From NCBI GenBank assembly GCA_963664195.1, contig OY760907.1, positions 1,376,001 through 1,440,000 of the forward strand: 64,000 nt of DNA. Direction: 5' to 3'. Every line of letters starts with the position of its first letter. The first letter of the stretch is position 1. A model generated the notes under the pieces. It was not told the origin of the DNA, did not search any database, and saw only the letters and a program-made list of their open reading frames with translations. Both the position numbers and the translations under genes were made by a program. Below are positions 28,979 through 39,016 of this stretch, in pieces. The DNA is from an uncultured candidate division Zixibacteria bacterium. Lineage in GTDB: Bacteria > Zixibacteria > MSB-5A5 > GN15 > FEB-12.

Positions 28979-30214
28979 ATGATGCAAAGCTCGAAAGTAG
29001 CACACCGTTTTGGTGTGGGGCTGTTTTTCTTTTTCATAATAGCGGTTTGCATGGCGCCGAGCGTTTCTGCGATTCCCGCAGTTCAGATTACAGTTGGTGA
29101 TACGGTTGGTGATGCCGGTGAGCAGAACTCGGTTGTCACGGTCTTTATGACGAACGTTTTTGACACGGTCGCTGCTTTTGAGTTGTGGCTGCAACTGGAT
29201 CGTCCGGACATGATGGCATTCGACGTTAACGAAACGACTCTTATAGATACGACATATTGGGAATGCACCGATTGGGACGGCGAAGCCTGTTGGGATTCGA
29301 TCTCCTGTGATCCGGATACTGCCGCTGGCGGCGCGTGTCCGATGGTGCATATCGACACCAACGATGTTGCTGTTGGTGCAATTGACACGGTCGGCTGCCT
29401 GACTTCGGGATGGCAATACGTGCAAACGCGTTCCCTGACCGGCACGGGTCGGGATGTCAAGATTACGGGCATCGCCAATATAGATAACGGCGTGTATAAG
29501 CCGGGGATCGGCCCGCAGCAGGGGGGCGTCTTGTTCCGCCTGGTGGGCGATATTTTCAGCATCTCTGACACCGTGGTTGATCGGTCCGCTCAAGTCCTGA
29601 TCTCTTCTTTCAAGGACCACATCAACTTTTCGCGCCCCGACGGGACTTCGATTGGCATTCTCTCTATGGAAGTTCCGGACTCTAATTTTTACCACTGCAA
29701 TTTCTGGGTCCCGCCCGACAGCGAAGAATGTATGGATTGGCAGCGGGTCTATCCTGGAGAACCCTGGGACTCGGTCGAGGTGGGCGTCGACACTATAGCG
29801 ATTATTGATACCAGTGCGATACATCTGATCAACGGTTCAGTGACGGTCAACCTTTACCCGGGAGCATGCTGTACCGGTGACAGCGTCTGTTCGATTGAAT
29901 CCGGTGTTGACGGTTGCGAATGGTTGCTCGGCGGTACCTACAAGGGTAACGGGAGCATTTGTTCTCCCAATCCGTGTCTTTCGTGCTGTAGCGGTCCTTC
30001 GGTTGGTAATACCGACGGCTCGGCGGACAACCTGGTAACGATGGGTGACCTGACGGTTTTGATTGATCACCTGTTCATCACCCTTACCCCGCTTCTGTGC
30101 GATGTCGAGGGCAATGTAGACTTGAGTCCTGACGGATTGGTAACGATGGGCGATTTGACGGTTCTGATTGATCACCTGTTCATCAGTCTCGATCCGCTCC
30201 CGGCGTGTCCGTGA
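28979..30214 (+). CDS. Secreted protein: cohesin-like domain with Cys loops plus Cys-flanked dockerin-like C-terminus
   Basis: Signal peptide; beta-sandwich pattern (VTVFMTN..DTVAAFELWL..GGVLFRL); duplicated GNxD..VTMGDLTVLIDHLFI. Confidence 0.75.
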   Translation: MMQSSKVAHRFGVGLFFFFIIAVCMAPSVSAIPAVQITVGDTVGDAGEQNSVVTVFMTNVFDTVAAFELWLQLDRPDMMAFDVNETTLIDTTYWECTDWDGEACWDSISCDPDTAAGGACPMVHIDTNDVAVGAIDTVGCLTSGWQYVQTRSLTGTGRDVKITGIANIDNGVYKPGIGPQQGGVLFRLVGDIFSISDTVVDRSAQVLISSFKDHINFSRPDGTSIGILSMEVPDSNFYHCNFWVPPDSEECMDWQRVYPGEPWDSVEVGVDTIAIIDTSAIHLINGSVTVNLYPGACCTGDSVCSIESGVDGCEWLLGGTYKGNGSICSPNPCLSCCSGPSVGNTDGSADNLVTMGDLTVLIDHLFITLTPLLCDVEGNVDLSPDGLVTMGDLTVLIDHLFISLDPLPACP

Positions 30215-30581
30215 TTCGGCTTGGGAATTTAATGACTGGTAAACAAACTACAGATATTGAATTGACTACTCGCATTTTACTTCTTTGACGTGATGAAAAC
30301 ATGCCGGGTCAGAAATGGGCAGACCCGGCATCGGAAATACGACGATAAACAATTGACGGAAAGGAAAGGAGGACGTCTAGAAGAGGATATCTAAGCACGC
30401 GCTCTTGATAATGATTTGCGTCTGACAACTTACTCCGAGTCGCGGTAAAGACGTTGCAGGGTTCTCTGGCTCTCACCCTTATACGTACTCTCCGGGAATG
30501 ACTGAGGGGATTACAAACGGAGTATTGGTGGACGTAAGACAACTTAAAAACGTTGTTAACGAAGTATTTAGGAGAGCAAAA

Positions 30582-33233
30582 ATGAGAAAACTCTCATTGA
30601 TCTTTGCATTCATTCTGGTTCTTGCCTTTGGGCAGGTTGCCTTTGCCCAGTCCACTGTGACGGCTACTCTCGACGCCGGTGGCTGGACGGATGGTACAGA
30701 TGTGTTTCTGACCCCGGGTGCAGTCGCTACTGTCGGTATCACCATGTACAATGATGGTCCGGCTGGAACGATGTACGACGTGGGTAACGGCTATCAGCTG
30801 GGATCGCCCAACGGCGCCGGCTGGGTTTACTTTGCTGCCCGTGCCGAATACGGCACGAATCCGTTCTACGGTGGTGCGTGGACACAGTGGTCCGGTGGTA
30901 CGATCTCCCATTGGAATTGGGACGGAAGTGCCTGGGTGAGAACCCCCTTGGATAACACCTGGCCGTACGGCGCCCTGTCGCATTCGGAAGACGCTGGTCC
31001 GAACGGTGGAGAGCCGGTTGGCATGTACATCGCTGGCGCCACTTCGGTTCCGCCGATGAAGTTCTTGCCGGGTCAGACTATGACCTACGGTGCTGAGTTC
31101 CAGACTCTGCCCGGAGACATTGGCAAGACCCTTTGTTTCGACATGGCTGCCAATATCGGTCCGGACTCTTGGGTTTGGGCTTCAGTCTCTGGTGGTATCA
31201 ACCCCATCTTCAACGGTGGCTTGGGCGCGGTCTGCTGGGAAATCGCCGAGCAGCCGCACGAGGCTCCGAGCTTCGTGAATCCGCCGACCAACGAGTCCTT
31301 CAGCCATTGTGGCACGGCCACCCTGGACTTTGTGGCTAAGTCAAACGATGATGAGAACTCCGCGACTCCGTTCACATGGACTGCCAACTTTGGTACCATC
31401 ACCTCGACCGGCGACACGACCGCCAGCTGGTCCTGGAATATGATGCCGCAGGAAGGCTTCGAGACTCTCGAAATCACCGTGACGGACGGCCTTGCCGCTT
31501 CCGCTACGACTGATGTCAACATCACCGTCACCAACGACGGCCCGGTCATCACGACCTGCCCGGACGTTGCCGGTGGCTTGACCATTCAGTCCGGTGACAC
31601 CAAGACTCAGACTGTTGTCGCCTCTGACGACTGTGACGCTCTGACTTGGGCTGTCGTAAGCGTGACGAACGAAGTTGTTGGTGACGTTTTTGACGTTACT
31701 GACGGCGTTGTTACGTTCACCCCGACCGGTGATGTTGACCGTCTCGTAGACATCACTGTGTCCGTCACCGATGGTCTTGAGACCGTCGAGTGCACGACTC
31801 ATTGGCACGTGATCGTTGGCGCCCCTTACGGCGTCCAGATCGAAAAAGAGCACGACGAGCTTCAGAATCATTTCTCTGACGTTGACGTCACCCTGTTGGG
31901 TGTTGATCCGCTTCAGGGCATTGGTGGTTTTGATCTGCTGATCGCCTACGATCAGACTGCTCTGGCTTTCCAGGCTGCCTTCGAAGGCGCCATTTATGCC
32001 GAGTGCGGATGGGAATACTTCACCTTCCGTCAGGGCCCGTTTGGCAATTGTGGCAACGGCTGCCCGTCCGGTATGGTTCGCATCATTGGTGTTGCCGAGG
32101 AGAACGATGGTCCGCACCATCCGACTTGCGACGTGAACACTCTGCCGGTTACCCTGGCCACCATGCGTTTCTTGGTCTCCGATGACCGTAACCTGGAGTG
32201 CCAGTACGTGCCGATCCGTTTCTACTGGATCGACTGCGGTGACAACACGATTTCGAACATCAGTGGTACCGAGCTGTACATCTCAGCCAAGGTCTATGAT
32301 TTCGATCTCGATTTCAATCCGAACCCGATCGACAACGGTACGGTTGGCTTCCCGACATTCCAGGGTGCGCAGGACTTCTGTCTTGAGAACCCGATGCCTG
32401 ACAAGCCGACCCCGATCCGTAACATCGACTTCATCAACGGTGGTGTTGACATCATCTGTGCTGAGGACATCGATGCCCGCGGTGACTTGAACCTCAACAA
32501 TCTCGCCTACGAAATTGCTGACGCTGTCATGTTCACCAACTACTTCATCGAAGGCCTGAGCGCCTTTGAGTATGTTGAAGGTGCCATTGCTGCCTCCGAC
32601 GTCAACGCTGACGGTATTCCGCTTACGGTCTCTGACCTGGTTTACTTGCTTCGTGTAGTCGTTGGTGACGCTATTGCGTATCCGAAACTGAACCCGATGG
32701 CTGCCACCTACTCCCACGAGAGTGGTGTAGTGGCCGTTGACGCCGATATGTTCGCCGCCCACATCGTCCTCAGTGGCGATGCCAACGTGAGCCTTTTGGC
32801 TGACAACATGGAAATGAAGACTGGTATGGTTGATGGCAACCTGAACGTCATCGTTTACTCGATGAACGCGAACCAGACCTTCGCCGGTAGCTTCCTGCAG
32901 ACCGACGCCCAGATCATCAGCGTAGATTTCGCTACGTACGATGGTCAGCCGGTAGTCGCGAAGAACGTTCCGAAGACGTTTGCCGTCATGCAGAACTACC
33001 CGAACCCGTTCAACCCGACCACTGACATCCAGTTCGCCCTGCCGATGGCTTCCACCTACTCGATCAGCATCTACAACGTTGCTGGTCAGCTGGTTGAGAC
33101 CATTTCCGGCCAGGCCGACGCCGGTGTTGTGACCGCGACGTGGGATGCCTCCGATCTCGCTTCGGGTGTCTACTTCTACAAGGTAGCCGCTGGTGAATTC
33201 TCCAAGACTATGAAGGCCGTCCTCCTTAAGTAG
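30582..33233 (+). CDS. Secreted protein: Ig-like domains + cohesin + dockerin + T9SS/FlgD-like CTD
   Basis: AGGAG RBS, signal peptide; GGFDLLIAYD...TLATMRF cohesin pattern; RGDLNLN..EIAD...SDVNADG..TVSDL dockerin; QNYPNPFNP...MKAVLLK. Confidence 0.82.
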   Translation: MRKLSLIFAFILVLAFGQVAFAQSTVTATLDAGGWTDGTDVFLTPGAVATVGITMYNDGPAGTMYDVGNGYQLGSPNGAGWVYFAARAEYGTNPFYGGAWTQWSGGTISHWNWDGSAWVRTPLDNTWPYGALSHSEDAGPNGGEPVGMYIAGATSVPPMKFLPGQTMTYGAEFQTLPGDIGKTLCFDMAANIGPDSWVWASVSGGINPIFNGGLGAVCWEIAEQPHEAPSFVNPPTNESFSHCGTATLDFVAKSNDDENSATPFTWTANFGTITSTGDTTASWSWNMMPQEGFETLEITVTDGLAASATTDVNITVTNDGPVITTCPDVAGGLTIQSGDTKTQTVVASDDCDALTWAVVSVTNEVVGDVFDVTDGVVTFTPTGDVDRLVDITVSVTDGLETVECTTHWHVIVGAPYGVQIEKEHDELQNHFSDVDVTLLGVDPLQGIGGFDLLIAYDQTALAFQAAFEGAIYAECGWEYFTFRQGPFGNCGNGCPSGMVRIIGVAEENDGPHHPTCDVNTLPVTLATMRFLVSDDRNLECQYVPIRFYWIDCGDNTISNISGTELYISAKVYDFDLDFNPNPIDNGTVGFPTFQGAQDFCLENPMPDKPTPIRNIDFINGGVDIICAEDIDARGDLNLNNLAYEIADAVMFTNYFIEGLSAFEYVEGAIAASDVNADGIPLTVSDLVYLLRVVVGDAIAYPKLNPMAATYSHESGVVAVDADMFAAHIVLSGDANVSLLADNMEMKTGMVDGNLNVIVYSMNANQTFAGSFLQTDAQIISVDFATYDGQPVVAKNVPKTFAVMQNYPNPFNPTTDIQFALPMASTYSISIYNVAGQLVETISGQADAGVVTATWDASDLASGVYFYKVAAGEFSKTMKAVLLK

Positions 33234-33256
33234 GATAGTCCAGCATATCTTTGGTA

Positions 33257-33285
33257 CCCCCGGAAAGGCTCGTCCTTTCCGGGGG
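33257..33285 (+). terminator. Strong hairpin after the 30582 gene
   Basis: CCCCCGGAAAGG-CTCGT-CCTTTCCGGGGG; weak T-tract. Confidence 0.65.
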
Positions 33286-33790
33286 ACTTATTACTCCGAG
33301 GAAGAAGGGAAGAAGTCGTTTGAAAGATTAGATAACGCAAAGCGAATAAGACATAGCGTCGATAGGAGTAAACGATGACCATTTTATGCGCAATTCGAGT
33401 AGAAAGTGCGTGACAGCAGGGTCATCTTTTTTTATATTGTATGTTAAGCTTAATTACTTTGTACCAGCCAGTTGTGCAAACCCTTGCGACAGTACGCAAT
33501 TTTGGCAACAGTGGTTTTCTTGAATCGGGTCACCTCACCATGACACCCGCCGCCAGATACAAGGAGTGTTCGATAGCCTGAACGGTATTGATGGAAGCAG
33601 CAGGCAAGTAAGAACGGTAAGTCCTTAGTGTATCTGTCTTTAAACGGACTTTAACAGAAGACACTGAGCAGCTCAGGGAGTTGGTAGATTTTCGCACAGG
33701 AATGCGAAGAATCTTCCAAATCGACATGGTTCCGGTCTGGTTATTGCTCAGACCGGGGTGGTGAATGATTTGTTTTGGAAATTGCGTATT

Positions 33791-36238
33791 ATGAAGAACA
33801 GAATCGCATCTTTGATTAGCATCTTGGTTATTCTCGTCGCGGCAGGCGTTGCCTCGGCGCAGTCGGACTCGTTTGGAGCGATGGATGTCGTGTATATCGA
33901 CTCCGTGGTTGCCGGTCCGGGTGAAGATGTATCGGTCAAGTTCAACGTCAAGAACGACGAAGTGCTTAGTTCATTGTCCATACCCGTAGTGTACGACCCG
34001 GAATTGCTCGATTTGAAGACAGTCAGTTTTACAGACTCACGCGCTGAATACCTCGGTACGAAGATCACTACGCCTGACGACGTGGCGCAGGCCGACGGCC
34101 ATTTCATGGTTGCTATGGTTCAGATCATGGAAGACCCGATTCCGGCTGGCGACGGCATGGTATTCACGGCTGTATTCACGGTTTCCGACTCCGCCGAGCT
34201 TGGGCAGATGGCCGTGATCGACAGTTTGTTCTTCCCGCCGGGTGGCGAATTGCTTCTGGTGGGACCGACGGTCGTCGGGCAGACGTCTTCGACGATCCGT
34301 CCGGAGTTTGTGGCCGGAAAAGTGATAGTCGGAAGCACCAATCAGGCACCAGTTTTTGCGCCTTTGGCCGATCAATATATTATGGAAGGTGATACTCTCG
34401 AGTTGGACATCACAGTCAACGATCCTAACCGAGATGATATAACACTGGCGATGGCTGCCAAACCCTCCGGAGCCACTTTTGTGGACAACGGCGACGGCTC
34501 CGCCCGTTTGACCTGGGTACCGGACTTTGTTGGTCCGCATTCAGCCGATGGTTCCCCGTTTGCGATGGGCTTCTGGGCCTCCGACGGCGATCTTTCGGCT
34601 GAGCGTGGATTGACTGTTCACGTGGTGAACAGCAATCGTGCGCCGCAGATCTCTGCTCCGACGACGGTGAGTATACCGGCAGGAACGGTGATGTCGTTTA
34701 CGGTGAGTGCTCTCGACCCTGATTTTGAGGAAGTGACCTGGAGCGTGAGCGGTTTGCCGGACGGTGCCGTGTTTGATTATGGCAACCCGGGCATGTTTGA
34801 GTACAACCCCTCGATTGTCGATACCGGTTCCTTTGCGATGGCTTTCATTGCGTCGGATCCCAAGGGTATGGCTGACACGGTCCGGGTTGACGCGCTGGTC
34901 TCGTCTGTGGCTCTCTACACGCTGAGCTTGGATTCGGTCGAGGCTGCCCCGGGCGAAGAGATCGAGTTCCGGTTGAATTTGAACAACGAACTGCCGGTAA
35001 CTTCGTTCAACTTGCTGTTCAACTATGACGTCAGTGCCCTGACGCTGTTATCGGTGACGAACGAGGGGACACGGATAGAGGGATTCGATTATTTCAACTC
35101 GACTGCGAACGAGAACGGGATCTACGGCAATGTACGCATTCTCGCCGTGGCAGATATCGGTGGCGGTGCCGAACCGCTCAGCGCGGGCGAGGGTGCGGTT
35201 GCAGTTTGCCGGATGAGGGTTTCAAGTGATCTCGCGTTCTCAGGGATGCAGATTCCGGTGCGGTTCCAGTTTCTCGACGGCCCGACAAATGAAGATAACA
35301 CGATGACCGACAGCCTGGGCGCCTTGATCAAGCAGGAGGACATCTTCCACGCTGATGGTTATGTAACGATTGAAGATATTGGACAGATACGGATTGGCGA
35401 CATCAACCTCAACGGTTTGGCCGCAGAGATTGGCGATGTGATCTATTTCACGAATCACTTCATCAATCCCGTGCTCTACGACTTCAGCGTGCTGCAATAT
35501 GCCAATTCGGATGTCAACCATGACGGTATCGGCGCGAGCGTGGCGGACCTCGTTGCGCTGATCAATTTGGTGGTCAACGGCGTGTCGGCTTCAAAAGTGG
35601 AAGACGGTTCTGGCCTGACTGCCACCTTCATCAGCGAGTCGGCCACGCACGGTGTGACTTTCGGATTTGAATCTGACGCTGACATGGGTGCAGCGCTGGT
35701 CACGCTCACGACTGATACATACGTTGACGCGGACCAGGTGCATTGCCAGCAGGATCAAATGACCTGCGATTTCCGCCGCGACGGAAATGAAATCAGGTTG
35801 CTCGTCTACAGCCTTGCGGGCGAGACCATGCTGGCCGGACAAACAGAATTGGTGACAATTGACGGACTGCATGAGTACGTCATTGAGTCGATTGAGTTCG
35901 GCAGCGCAGATGGAGTTATGGTTCAAACTGAGATAGCGAAGAACGGAACGGAGCTACCGACGGACTTTGCGCTGGAGCAGAATTATCCGAATCCGTTCAA
36001 CCCTGAGACGCAAATAGAATTCTCCCTGCCGACACCATCGCAGGTTGAACTCACCATATACAACGTACTGGGTCAGCAGGTGAAAGTGCTAGCCGCCGGG
36101 GAAATTCCGGCCGGAATGCACAGCCTGACCTGGAACGGGACCGATGACAGCAACCGCGCGGTTGCGTCCGGTATTTACCTGTACCGTCTTCAGGCCGGCA
36201 CGAACGTGTTCAGCCGCAAGATGATGTTGTTGAAATAG
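33791..36238 (+). CDS. Secreted scaffoldin-like protein: cohesin, 2 Ig-like, cohesin, dockerin, T9SS/FlgD-like CTD
   Basis: LSIPVVYDPELL and FNLLFNYDVSAL cohesin patterns; GDINLNG..EIGD...SDVNHDG..SVADL; QNYPNPFNP...KMMLLK. Confidence 0.83.
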   Translation: MKNRIASLISILVILVAAGVASAQSDSFGAMDVVYIDSVVAGPGEDVSVKFNVKNDEVLSSLSIPVVYDPELLDLKTVSFTDSRAEYLGTKITTPDDVAQADGHFMVAMVQIMEDPIPAGDGMVFTAVFTVSDSAELGQMAVIDSLFFPPGGELLLVGPTVVGQTSSTIRPEFVAGKVIVGSTNQAPVFAPLADQYIMEGDTLELDITVNDPNRDDITLAMAAKPSGATFVDNGDGSARLTWVPDFVGPHSADGSPFAMGFWASDGDLSAERGLTVHVVNSNRAPQISAPTTVSIPAGTVMSFTVSALDPDFEEVTWSVSGLPDGAVFDYGNPGMFEYNPSIVDTGSFAMAFIASDPKGMADTVRVDALVSSVALYTLSLDSVEAAPGEEIEFRLNLNNELPVTSFNLLFNYDVSALTLLSVTNEGTRIEGFDYFNSTANENGIYGNVRILAVADIGGGAEPLSAGEGAVAVCRMRVSSDLAFSGMQIPVRFQFLDGPTNEDNTMTDSLGALIKQEDIFHADGYVTIEDIGQIRIGDINLNGLAAEIGDVIYFTNHFINPVLYDFSVLQYANSDVNHDGIGASVADLVALINLVVNGVSASKVEDGSGLTATFISESATHGVTFGFESDADMGAALVTLTTDTYVDADQVHCQQDQMTCDFRRDGNEIRLLVYSLAGETMLAGQTELVTIDGLHEYVIESIEFGSADGVMVQTEIAKNGTELPTDFALEQNYPNPFNPETQIEFSLPTPSQVELTIYNVLGQQVKVLAAGEIPAGMHSLTWNGTDDSNRAVASGIYLYRLQAGTNVFSRKMMLLK

Positions 36239-36291
36239 AGGGGACGGGCATGAAGTCAGAAAAAAAACTAACTCAACATATAGAGGTCGCG

Positions 36292-39003
36292 ATGCGGTTC
36301 GCAATTTCCACCTTTATTGCAGTAATTCTCACTCTCACCTTAGCCATTCCGGGAATGGCGCAGCACATCGGTTGTGATGATCTCGTTAAGTCAGCCGCTG
36401 ATTCGTTGCGCCTGCCATATCTGATTGAAGGCGTACCCGGAGATACGCTGCTACTTCCGGTGACGGTGAAAAACGACTCGCTGATCAATGCGTTTCGAAT
36501 ACTGATTCAGTACGATTCTACTTGGCTGACTCCGATTACCGTAATGGACTCCGTCTGTGCCGCGTACGATGAAGAAGGTACGGGGGCGTGCACGACATGG
36601 ACGAGGGATTCCAGTTATATTGATTTTGCGATTGCAGATCGTTGGCTGAAAGAAGAAGTCATCAGTTATGTGCCGTACCAGACAGACACAGTTACCAGCC
36701 TGATTGTCCACAAGAACCGTCAGTACCCTGGCATTATCGAGGCTGACCTGTTTCCCAATTTCGAGTTGGATTCTGATACGATATTCGCAGGCAGCGCCCC
36801 GATATTCTATATCAAGTTTGTGATCGATCCGGACATGCCGGAGATGCAAACCTCGGAGTTTACTTTCTTCGAGAGTGATAATTTCATTGTCGATACAACT
36901 ATATTCCCGCCGGACACAACCTGGTTTGACGGCTGTAGTCAATCGGAAGTTGGCGTTCTTTACCGTGACGCAGAGGATCCCGATGTAATTAACGCGCCGA
37001 CGATCTATCCTACGACCCACAGCCAATATCCCTACTTCTTCCGGGCGAATTCAAACGTGACCGATGATCCGGAGGTGACGTCGTTTGCGGCCTCACCTGC
37101 ACAGATTACGCCCACGCAATCTTCGACTCTGAGTTGGACGTCGGAGAGTGCAGATTCAGTTGTGATTACGCTTTCCGGTAATCGCGTCACCGGTACTGCC
37201 AACGGGCAGACGGCCGGGTCTATAACGGTCTCGGGATTGTCCGTGGGTACATACTCGTATACCGCGACGGCTTATGCCGACGACGGTCTGAAGACGCACT
37301 CGCGAGGTACCAGCGTAGTTGTCTCTGACGAGGTTGTGACCGAAGGACCCGATGTCACGATTTCGACTATCCAGTCTTCTTATAATCAGGGGGAATTGAT
37401 CACGTTCACGGTAACCGCAACCAACACGAACGGATCACAGATCACTATTAATGCCAATTCGCTTCCGGCCAACGCAGGGTTTGGTGTCGGCGGGCAGGTA
37501 ACCGGAATGACGCCGCTGATCGGCAATTTCAGTTGGACGCCGGATTTCACTCAGGCGGGCGGGTTCACGATTCCCTTCGTGGCAACGGATAATGACGGAA
37601 CAACGACCGAGTATGCCAATATCGTGGTCGAGGAACTCGATCGTGACCGGCTGTTCTCAACCTCCGCCCGAGGCAGCCAACCGGTGGGTGGTCTTCCGGG
37701 GGCCGATGCTGTTGCATTCCCAATCGATCTGATCACCGCCAGCACCGTATACGGTGTGCAGTTTGACATGCTGTATCCGTCGGCACAAATTCGTGTCGAC
37801 TCGTTTGTGACTACGGCGCGAATTCCCGAGTACGTGGTTTACGAGAATATCGGCCAGACGCCGGGCGAGATTCGTGTCGTGACTTTCGGCTTAAATAACG
37901 AGCCGGTTATGGACACCAATACAACCGCGATTCTGAACGCTATGCTGACAATCGACGACGACGCTCAACCGTGGCAGGATTACAAGATTTATCTCGAAAA
38001 CGGTCGCGAGTCGATCAACCCGGATCCTAATGTGGGATCGCTCGAATTGGTGACCGACTCAGGCATTGTCGAAGTTGACAGTCTTGGCGACGTCAACCTT
38101 GATCGGTATATCGACGTGGCTGACGTGGTTAACATTGTTGCCACGATTATCGGCAGCTTCACCCTGACTGACCGACAGTTTGACGTTGCAGATATCATTG
38201 AAAACGGCGAGGTCAACGTCTTTGACCTTGTGGCAGATATCAACATGATTTACGAAATCCAGCCATCACCTTCGCCGGCTCCTCCGGCACCGGGCGTGGA
38301 GGCGATTATCGCTCTGGCCTACGATGATGTTTCGCAGGGCGGCTCTGATTTCCTGACGGTTTCTTCCGAGATTCCGCATCCGGTTGCCGGTGTGCAGCTC
38401 GAGCTAAACTACGATCCCGCAGCGATTTCACTCGGCGTGCCGAGACTGACTAACGACGATCAGGACTTTGTTCTCCGCTCCAACGACAACGGTGTCGGAA
38501 GCATGAAGATCCTGCTGTACAATATGTCGCCGATGAAGGACGACGAATTGATCCAGGCCGGCACTGCCGATCTCGTTGAGATTCCGATTATCGCCCTCAC
38601 GGATATTGCTGCCGGCGACAAGACGAAACTTCGGTTAACCGAAGCGCTGCTTTCCACCTCGGAAGCCGCCTCGATTTCGGTGCAGGGCATCGACAAGCCT
38701 TTGCCGTCGAGTTTCGTCCTCGAGCAGAACTATCCGAATCCGTTCAACCCGACCACCACAATCGAGTATTCGGTTGGTATATCCGGTTCCGGAAACGGCT
38801 CGCAACATGTCCGTTTGGATGTGTTCAACATTCTCGGTCAGCATGTGGATAAGCTGATTGATGCCGCTCAGGCACCCGGACAATACAGCGTGGAATGGAA
38901 CGCAACCGACCGCAATGGAAAGCGTGTCGCGACAGGGATTTATCTCTACCGGCTGTCAGTGGACGATGAAAAGAGCACCAAAAAGATGTTGTTCCTGAAG
39001 TAG
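36292..39003 (+). CDS. Secreted scaffoldin-like protein: cohesin-like x3, Ig-like, dockerin, T9SS/FlgD-like CTD
   Basis: FRILIQYD, GVQFDMLY and GVQLELNYD patterns; GDVNLD..IDVAD...ADIIENG.VNVFDL; QNYPNPFNP...KMLFLK. Confidence 0.82.
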   Translation: MRFAISTFIAVILTLTLAIPGMAQHIGCDDLVKSAADSLRLPYLIEGVPGDTLLLPVTVKNDSLINAFRILIQYDSTWLTPITVMDSVCAAYDEEGTGACTTWTRDSSYIDFAIADRWLKEEVISYVPYQTDTVTSLIVHKNRQYPGIIEADLFPNFELDSDTIFAGSAPIFYIKFVIDPDMPEMQTSEFTFFESDNFIVDTTIFPPDTTWFDGCSQSEVGVLYRDAEDPDVINAPTIYPTTHSQYPYFFRANSNVTDDPEVTSFAASPAQITPTQSSTLSWTSESADSVVITLSGNRVTGTANGQTAGSITVSGLSVGTYSYTATAYADDGLKTHSRGTSVVVSDEVVTEGPDVTISTIQSSYNQGELITFTVTATNTNGSQITINANSLPANAGFGVGGQVTGMTPLIGNFSWTPDFTQAGGFTIPFVATDNDGTTTEYANIVVEELDRDRLFSTSARGSQPVGGLPGADAVAFPIDLITASTVYGVQFDMLYPSAQIRVDSFVTTARIPEYVVYENIGQTPGEIRVVTFGLNNEPVMDTNTTAILNAMLTIDDDAQPWQDYKIYLENGRESINPDPNVGSLELVTDSGIVEVDSLGDVNLDRYIDVADVVNIVATIIGSFTLTDRQFDVADIIENGEVNVFDLVADINMIYEIQPSPSPAPPAPGVEAIIALAYDDVSQGGSDFLTVSSEIPHPVAGVQLELNYDPAAISLGVPRLTNDDQDFVLRSNDNGVGSMKILLYNMSPMKDDELIQAGTADLVEIPIIALTDIAAGDKTKLRLTEALLSTSEAASISVQGIDKPLPSSFVLEQNYPNPFNPTTTIEYSVGISGSGNGSQHVRLDVFNILGQHVDKLIDAAQAPGQYSVEWNATDRNGKRVATGIYLYRLSVDDEKSTKKMLFLK

Positions 39004-39016
39004 CTGGGGGGAAGAA

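Noticed and set aside
33300..33360. c-di-GMP-I riboswitch (ACGCAAAGC; similar partial hits near 30316 and 50110)
   Set aside because: The GGCAAA/GAAA-tetraloop P2 stem and P3 cannot be built; only an Infernal search could rescue it
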